This document shows positions 58,027 through 64,000 of a stretch of DNA of 64,000 nucleotides, in pieces. The stretch is from NCBI GenBank assembly GCA_963851405.1, contig CAWKPB010000009.1, forward strand, positions 48 to 64,047. Reading direction: 5' to 3'. The position numbers were made by a program, and so were the translations under genes. The notes beneath the pieces are model-generated. The model was not told where the DNA came from, made no database searches, and worked only from the letters and a program-made list of their open reading frames with translations. Position 1 is the first letter of the stretch, and every line of letters starts with the position of its first letter. This DNA comes from an uncultured Actinomycetota bacterium. Its GTDB lineage: Bacteria; Actinomycetota; Actinomycetes; DATJPE01.

Positions 58027-58877
58027 CGCGCGCGGCGCCTCTTGACTAGCTGACCGCCGAGCACAATCGACAAGGCAATCAGGAACATCAACGATCCGAC
58101 CACGTTCACCTGAGGAGGCACACCCCGCTGAGCGGCACCGTAGACGAACATCGGGAACGTGACCTCGGAGCCAGCGTTGAAGTTCGTGATGATGAAGTCG
58201 TCGAACGACAACGCGAAGGCCAACATCGCGCCCGAGATGATGCCCGGAAGCGCCAGCGGGAAAGTGATCCGCCAGAAGGTTGAGCTCTCGTTGGAGTAGA
58301 GGTCGGCAGCCGCTTGTTCCAGGCGAGGGTCGAGACCCGCCACCCTGGCCTTGACGGTCACGACCACGAAACTGATCAAGAACATGATGTGCGCGATCAG
58401 GATGGTCCCGAAGCCAAGCGGGAATCGCATATTGAGGAACAGCGTGAGCAGCGAAGCCCCCATGACGACCTCGGGCGTGGCCATCGGCATGAAGATCAGC
58501 AGGTTCGTACCGGCGCGGCCCCTAAACCGGTACCGCCCCAGAGCGAAAGCCACGAGCGTTCCGAGCAGCGTCGCGAACAGGGTCGCTATCACGGCGATCT
58601 CGAGGGAAAGAGTCAACGACTCGCACATCCCGGCAACGCCACACAAGTTGGTCCAAGCCTCAGTCGAGAACTCGTTCCACTGGTAGTTGTAGCGACCAAC
58701 GGGGTTGTTGAACGAGAAGACCACGACGACCATGACGGGCAGGAACATGTAGATCAGTGCAAGGCCAGCGGCGATCTGGACGATGTGCATCCGGATCCAG
58801 TGGAACGGCCCGCGCGGACGTCGGCTCTTGGTCTTCGCAGACGCGGGCGGTGCATGCTGCACGGTGGCGGCCATCAG
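58023..58877 (-). CDS. ABC transporter permease (PotC/PotI-like)
   Basis: Six TM helices with an EAA-like loop. Its start at 58877 overlaps the upstream permease stop (ATGA). Confidence 0.8.
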   Translation of the reverse strand: MMAATVQHAPPASAKTKSRRPRGPFHWIRMHIVQIAAGLALIYMFLPVMVVVVFSFNNPVGRYNYQWNEFSTEAWTNLCGVAGMCESLTLSLEIAVIATLFATLLGTLVAFALGRYRFRGRAGTNLLIFMPMATPEVVMGASLLTLFLNMRFPLGFGTILIAHIMFLISFVVVTVKARVAGLDPRLEQAAADLYSNESSTFWRITFPLALPGIISGAMLAFALSFDDFIITNFNAGSEVTFPMFVYGAAQRGVPPQVNVVGSLMFLIALSIVLGGQLVKRRRAR

Positions 58878-59800
58878 ACCAGCTCCTCCGTGCCGGCGCG
58901 GCGCACGTACAACCACACAAGCACCACGATGGTGAGCATCAGCGTCACGGATAACGCCGCAGCCGTCGGATAGTCACGCACCCGGAAGAACTGGCTGTCG
59001 ATGACATTGCCGATCATGGCCTGTTTGGGAGTGCCCAGGAGTTGAGCGTTGATGAAGTCACCTGCGGCCGGGATGAAGGTGAGCAGGGTTCCGGCCACGA
59101 CACCCGGCAGCGACAGCGGGAAGGTCACCTTGCGAAAGCCCGCCCAAGGCGAGCAGTAAAGATCACCGGCAGCCTCGATCAGCCGGGGATCGAGTCGGTC
59201 GAGGCTCGCGAACAGCGGCAACGTCATGAACGGCAGGAAGTTGTACGTCAACCCGAGCATGACCGCGAGAGGCGTGGCCAGCAGCCGATCACCGGTGGTC
59301 AATCCGAGCAGGTCGAGAAGGTCGATGATGTGTGTGTTGACGACGAATGAGGTGACCGGCCCCTCATCACCAAGGATGTTGCGCCAAGCCAGGGTGCGGA
59401 TCAAGAAGCTGGTGAAGAAGGGCGCGATGACCAGCACGAGAAGAAAGTTCTTCCAGCGACCCGACTTGAAGGCGATCGTGTAGGCGAGCGGGTAGGAGAT
59501 GGCCAGCGTCAGAAGAGTCGCAACTCCGGCGTAATAGAACGAGCGGAGAAACTGCGAGCGGTACTGCCAGATCGCATCGCTGTAGTTGCTGAAGCTCAGT
59601 GTCTGCGTGTACCCCGTCGTTGGGCTACCGCTTTGCAGGGAAGTGTTGACGAGCGTGAGCATCGGGAAGATGAAGAAGATCGCGAGCCAGATCAGGCCAG
59701 GAATGAGTAGGAGATAGGGCACCCACCCCCGGGCTCGTCGGCGAGGCTTGTTGTCGCCCTCTCCGCGTTCGGTGTCCGCGAGGGCTGCCCCAGCGCTCAC
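58874..59800 (-). CDS. ABC transporter permease (PotB/PotH-like)
   Basis: Six TM helices with an EAA motif region. Its start overlaps the ATPase stop. Confidence 0.8.
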   Translation of the reverse strand: MSAGAALADTERGEGDNKPRRRARGWVPYLLLIPGLIWLAIFFIFPMLTLVNTSLQSGSPTTGYTQTLSFSNYSDAIWQYRSQFLRSFYYAGVATLLTLAISYPLAYTIAFKSGRWKNFLLVLVIAPFFTSFLIRTLAWRNILGDEGPVTSFVVNTHIIDLLDLLGLTTGDRLLATPLAVMLGLTYNFLPFMTLPLFASLDRLDPRLIEAAGDLYCSPWAGFRKVTFPLSLPGVVAGTLLTFIPAAGDFINAQLLGTPKQAMIGNVIDSQFFRVRDYPTAAALSVTLMLTIVVLVWLYVRRAGTEELV

Positions 59801-60963
59801 GAGGTGGCCGCCGGCTCGGCAGCGGCCGCCAACTCATCGACCTCGACACCCGCGTCGATGGCTTGCGACGCATCCAGCGCGAACGTATGGGCGGCCTCCC
59901 AGGACAGGGAGACGGCAGTGCCCGGAGCAAAGATGCGATCGGTGCCGTTGTTCTGGGCGAATACAGCCACCTCCTGCCCCCAGGGGAGCCGGACCAGATA
60001 GTCGGTGCTGACCCCGATGAACGAGGCGTCGACGACGATTCCGTCGACTGAGTTACCGGCCGCGCCCTGGCCGCCACTCGCGCCAATGGTGATCTTTTCT
60101 GGTCGGAATCCGATGTGGACAGCGTCACCGTCTGAATGAACGCGAGCCGCTGGGAGCGCAAAGCGCACGCCGTGCGCTTCGACCAAAGCATCGTCGCCGG
60201 ATCGTCCGGTGACGACACCATCGATGAGGTTGGAGCGCCCCAAGAAGTTCGCCACGAACGTGGTCATGGGGTTCTCGTACAACTCCGTCGGCGCCCCCAT
60301 CTGCTCGACCTGGCCGTGGTTCATGACCGCGATGGTGTCGGCCATGGTCATGGCCTCTTCCTGATCGTGCGTCACGTGGACGAAGGTGATCCCAACCTCG
60401 GTCTGAATGCGCTTCAACTCCAACTGCATCTGACGTCGGAGCTTGAGGTCGAGAGCGCCTAGCGGCTCGTCCAGCAGTAAAACACTCGGGCGGTTGATCA
60501 GCGCGCGAGCCACGGCCACCCGCTGCTGCTGTCCCCCGGACAACTGGCCTGGCTTCCGGCGCGCTAGGCCCGAGAGCTGGACGAGGTCCAGCATCTCGTT
60601 GACCTTCTCCTTGACATTGGGCGTCTTCGTACGCCGCGGGCCGAACGCCACGTTCTCGAAGATGTCCAAGTGGGGGAACAGCGCATAACTCTGGAACACG
60701 GTGTTGACCGGCCGCTGGTAGGGCCGACGCCACGTGATCTCCTCGTCACCGATGAAGACCGATCCTTGGGTGGGCTCCTCCAGCCCGGCGATCATCCGCA
60801 GTGCGGTGGTCTTGCCGCAGCCGGAAGGGCCAAGGAGTGCGAAGAAGGATCCCTCGGGGATGGTCAGACTGAGGTTGTCCACGGCCACGAAATCACCGAA
60901 CGCCTTGGTGATTTCAACCAGCCTGAGATCGAGCGACTTGCCAGCAGCCGAGGAATCGTCCAT
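59797..60963 (-). CDS. ABC transporter ATP-binding protein (PotA/PotG-like, with a C-terminal TOBE-like domain)
   Basis: Walker [10 protein letters not shown], signature [15 protein letters not shown], and Walker B LLLDEP. Confidence 0.9.
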   Translation of the reverse strand: MDDSSAAGKSLDLRLVEITKAFGDFVAVDNLSLTIPEGSFFALLGPSGCGKTTALRMIAGLEEPTQGSVFIGDEEITWRRPYQRPVNTVFQSYALFPHLDIFENVAFGPRRTKTPNVKEKVNEMLDLVQLSGLARRKPGQLSGGQQQRVAVARALINRPSVLLLDEPLGALDLKLRRQMQLELKRIQTEVGITFVHVTHDQEEAMTMADTIAVMNHGQVEQMGAPTELYENPMTTFVANFLGRSNLIDGVVTGRSGDDALVEAHGVRFALPAARVHSDGDAVHIGFRPEKITIGASGGQGAAGNSVDGIVVDASFIGVSTDYLVRLPWGQEVAVFAQNNGTDRIFAPGTAVSLSWEAAHTFALDASQAIDAGVEVDELAAAAEPAATS

Positions 60964-60964
60964 C

Positions 60965-62194
60965 TCAGGCTCCGGCCACCGAGTCGAACGACTCCTGGTA
61001 GGCCGCTTCCTGCTCGGGGTCGAGCGACATGAAGACGCTGGTCTTGGCCAGGGTGGCCTCGTCGGGGAAGATCAGTTGGTTTTCAGCCAGATCGGGATCG
61101 ATTTCCTGCATGGCCTCTTGCGCCCCGACGACTGGGCAAATGTAGTTCACCCAAGCCGCCAACTCGGCGGCCACGGCTGGGTCGTAGTAGTAGTTGATCA
61201 GGGCCTCGGCGTTCTTCTTGTGCGTGGCCTTGATCGGAACCTGCATGTTGTCCGACCACAGCATCAGGCCGGCCTCCGGCGCCACGAAATCGACCTTGTC
61301 GTTGTCGAGCTGGACCTGGATGACGTCCCCCGACCACGCGATGCAGGCCGCAATGTCGCCCTTGGTGAGTCCGGCGGCGTACTCGTTTCCGGTGAACTGC
61401 CGGATCTGGCCAGAGTCGACGGCGTCCTGCAGTACCGCGAGCGCGGCGTCGAAGTCCTCAGGCGTGAAGTTCGCGGGATCCTTACCCTGGTCCAGCAGGA
61501 TCAGGCCCATCGTGTCGCGCATCTCAAACAGGCAGGTGACCTTGCCCTTGAGGTCCGGGCGGGTGAACAACTCGGTGATGGAGTTGACCGGGTCCGTGAC
61601 CTTGCCGTTGTAGGCAACTCCGGTCAGTCCGGACTGCCAGGGTGCCGATGACTCGCGACTGGGGTCCCACGAGGGGGATGCGAGCGCCGGCTGAAGGTTC
61701 GCCGGGAAGTTGGGCATCGAGTCCAAGTCGAACTTCTGCACAAATCCCTGACTAATCATCCGGGCGGCCAACCAGTCCGTCACGGCGAACAGGTCGCGGC
61801 CCGTGGACTGACCGCGCTCGAGCTGCGGCGCAATCTTGGCGTAGAACGTGGCGTTGTCGTTGATGTCTTCGACGTAGTCGACGTCGATACCGGTCTCTGT
61901 GGTGAACGCCGCCAAGGTCGGACGAAGGTTGGGGTCGTCATCGTCGACATCGATGTACAGCGGCCAGTTCGAGAAGTTGATGACCTTGTCGGTGTCCGAC
62001 ACGTCAACGGTGTCATCCGATGCACCAGCGGCCGGTCCGGTCGCGGGCGTCCCGCAGGCGGAGAGGATTCCCGCGCCAGCTACTGCAGCGCCTCCGGCGC
62101 CAACTCCCTTCAAGAAGCCCCGGCGGGACACGCCAGCGCGCGCGCCGCCGCTAAGGGCAAGGAGCTGCTGGAAGGTCGGATCGTTCGGGTTCAT
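60965..62194 (-). CDS. Polyamine-type ABC substrate-binding lipoprotein (PotD/PotF-like) with a Tat signal
   Basis: The ATG at 62194 overlaps the upstream ALDH stop (ATGA). The signal region has RRGFLKG followed by a lipobox-like LSACG. The fold is PotD/F-like. Confidence 0.8.
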   Translation of the reverse strand: MNPNDPTFQQLLALSGGARAGVSRRGFLKGVGAGGAAVAGAGILSACGTPATGPAAGASDDTVDVSDTDKVINFSNWPLYIDVDDDDPNLRPTLAAFTTETGIDVDYVEDINDNATFYAKIAPQLERGQSTGRDLFAVTDWLAARMISQGFVQKFDLDSMPNFPANLQPALASPSWDPSRESSAPWQSGLTGVAYNGKVTDPVNSITELFTRPDLKGKVTCLFEMRDTMGLILLDQGKDPANFTPEDFDAALAVLQDAVDSGQIRQFTGNEYAAGLTKGDIAACIAWSGDVIQVQLDNDKVDFVAPEAGLMLWSDNMQVPIKATHKKNAEALINYYYDPAVAAELAAWVNYICPVVGAQEAMQEIDPDLAENQLIFPDEATLAKTSVFMSLDPEQEAAYQESFDSVAGA

Positions 62195-63744
62195 CGCGAG
62201 GACTCCTCTGAATGGTTGGTAAAGATCGTTCGGTGCCACGCCTTTCGAACAACTCCCGTGCCGTCATACATCACGTGCTTGACGTTTGTGTACTCGTCAA
62301 AAGCGTAGGTTGACATGTCTTTGCCGAATCCGCTCGCTTTGTAGCCTCCGTGCGGCATCTCGCTAATGATCGGGATGTGGTCATTCACCCACACGCAGCC
62401 CGCTCGGATCGTCCGCGTGGCCGTCAGGGCGCGGAAAACATCCCTGGTCCACACCGACGCGGCCAAACCATAGGGCGTGTCATTCGCCAGCCGAAGACCT
62501 TCGGCATCGTCGTCGAAGGGCAGCACCACCAACACGGGCCCGAAGAGCTCCTGCTGAACGATCTCGGAGTCCTGAGCCGCATCGACGACCAGGGTCGGCG
62601 GGTAGTAGGCGCCCTTCGCCAAAGCTCCTCCCGGGATCTCTCCTCCCCGGACGATCTTGGCCCCGGCTCCTCGGGCTCGCTGCACGAAACCGGCCACGCT
62701 CTCCTGCTGGCGCAGGGATACGAGCGGCCCCTGGTCGGTCTCGGGATCGCGCGTAGGACCTAGCCGCACGCCAGCCATGACCTCCGCTACGCCTTCAACG
62801 AAGTCGTCGTACAACGGACGCTGCACATAGGCACGAGTGGCGGCGGTGCAGTCCTGTCCGGAGTTGATCAAAGCCCCTGCGACGGCGCCGTGAATAGCGG
62901 CCTCAAGGTCGGCGTCGTCATGGACGACGAACGGCGCTTTCCCGCCGAGCTCCATATGCATGCGCTTGGCCGATTCAGCTGCAGTCTGCATCACCTGCGT
63001 CCCCACCGGGGTGGAGCCGGTGAAGGAAACCATCGAGACATCTGGATGCCCGACGAGTGCCTGACCGACGACTGACCCCCGACCGGTCAGCACGTTGACG
63101 ACACCCGCCGGAATTCCGGCCTCGGTGCAGGCCTCAGCAAACATGAGCGAGGTCAGCGGCGTGATCTCCGCCGGCTTCAGCACCACAGTGTTGCCTGCGG
63201 CAATCGCTGGCAGGACCTTCCAGGCCGCCATCTGGAGCGGGTAGTTCCAGGGCGCAATGGATCCGATCACGCCGATCGGCTCCCGCCGGATCATCGACGT
63301 GTGGTCGGCGGAGTACTCCGCGGCGGCTTTGCCTTCCAGGTTGCGGGCTGCGCCCGCGAAAAAGGATGTGTTGTCGATGGTGCCGGGTACGTCGAACTCG
63401 CGGGACAACCGAATCGGTTTGCCCGCCTGGCCGGTCTCCGCCTGGGCCAGGTCTTCTGCTCGCTCGGTCAAGAGCGCGGCAAGGCGCACCAGCGCTCCGC
63501 TGCGCTCCGCTGGGGTGGACGAAGACCAGTCGGGAAAGGCCCGTGCAGCAGCGTCCACGGCTCGATCGACATCGGCCACCCCCGCCAATTGCATGGAGGC
63601 GAGGGCGGAGCCGTCGGATGGGTCTCGCAAGACGTCGGTCTCACCCGATGTCCCTTCAACAAATCGGCCCCCGATGAAGCAGGAACCTTCTGGCTGGAGG
63701 GCAGCAGTCACGAGCGACATCCTTTCGTTCGAGTCGCTGGCCAT
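62191..63744 (-). CDS. Aldehyde dehydrogenase (aminobutyraldehyde/betaine-aldehyde DH-like). The start is uncertain; candidate ATGs are at 63744 and 63720.
   Basis: ALDH motifs: VIGSIAPWNYP, the Glu in ELGGKAP, and the catalytic Cys (GQDCTAA). Confidence 0.85.
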   Translation of the reverse strand: MASDSNERMSLVTAALQPEGSCFIGGRFVEGTSGETDVLRDPSDGSALASMQLAGVADVDRAVDAAARAFPDWSSSTPAERSGALVRLAALLTERAEDLAQAETGQAGKPIRLSREFDVPGTIDNTSFFAGAARNLEGKAAAEYSADHTSMIRREPIGVIGSIAPWNYPLQMAAWKVLPAIAAGNTVVLKPAEITPLTSLMFAEACTEAGIPAGVVNVLTGRGSVVGQALVGHPDVSMVSFTGSTPVGTQVMQTAAESAKRMHMELGGKAPFVVHDDADLEAAIHGAVAGALINSGQDCTAATRAYVQRPLYDDFVEGVAEVMAGVRLGPTRDPETDQGPLVSLRQQESVAGFVQRARGAGAKIVRGGEIPGGALAKGAYYPPTLVVDAAQDSEIVQQELFGPVLVVLPFDDDAEGLRLANDTPYGLAASVWTRDVFRALTATRTIRAGCVWVNDHIPIISEMPHGGYKASGFGKDMSTYAFDEYTNVKHVMYDGTGVVRKAWHRTIFTNHSEESSR

Positions 63745-64000
63745 CCTGGCATGCGAGCGGCACCGTGGGTAGGGATTCCGTCGTTCTGCGGGGCAACTAC
63801 GACGAAATCGATACCTTGCGGTGACCTGGACCTCCGATGTCGTGGTGTTCACGCCGACTCCCTCGGCCGTTCAGTTCGTCAGGCAAATCGAACGAACCGT
63901 GACAGACTGTCGGGGTGTCGCCCACCGTCTCGGACGTGCTGGCCCTGCCGGCGGTCCGCAGCGGGAAACCCGAAGTTGTGGCGGCCGAGGAACACCTCGA

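Noticed and set aside
1-64000. Search for mobile elements, integrases, toxin-antitoxin pairs or defence islands
   Set aside because: I saw no transposase or integrase motifs, no terminal inverted repeats flanking a gene set, and no compositional island. Conserved actinobacterial synteny (lipBA-glnA-glnE-glnA2, panB, dxr-rip-ispG) runs throughout, so I claim no novel defence system.

Overview
This is a high-GC, gene-dense stretch of actinobacterial chromosome. It is core genome with strongly conserved synteny, not a mobile or accessory island. Reading left to right:
- A lipoate and nitrogen core: lipB-lipA, an inserted PlsC acyltransferase, a DUF4191 protein, an RDD-family protein, then glnA1, convergent glnE and glnA2, and nadE.
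- An Hsp20 locus with a perfect CIRCE operator upstream. The hsp20 reading frame is broken by a single extra nucleotide.
- A zf-UBP/TetR/MFS efflux operon, panB, an F420 reductase, mapB, ppgK, MarR and fprA.
- A GT87 membrane protein with a coupled esterase, yaaA, and an unannotated RNase P RNA (rnpB) next to about 1 kb with no convincing gene.
- A glutarate module (gcdH, CoA-transferase, GntR), the MEP-pathway cluster dxr-rip(M50)-ispG-GNAT, and an MMPL/TetR pair.
- A large polyamine/GABA catabolic region: PucR-gabT, agmatinase, saccharopine-DH-like, MmsA-type ALDH, and a six-gene translationally coupled operon (ALDH, PotFGHI-like ABC importer, FAD oxidoreductase).

I found no CRISPR array, tRNA, IS element, integrase or recognisable defence system. 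The items most worth follow-up are:
- the frameshifted CIRCE-controlled hsp20;
- a GlnR tandem box upstream of glnA1;
- a complex inverted repeat in the TetR/MFS-panB intergenic region;
- an acidic-protein/small-basic-repeat-protein gene pair;
- the unannotated rnpB plus the adjacent coding gap;
- the composite polyamine catabolic supercluster.

For features I placed by reading the printed sequence rather than by ORF-table arithmetic, coordinates may be off by 1-2 nt.
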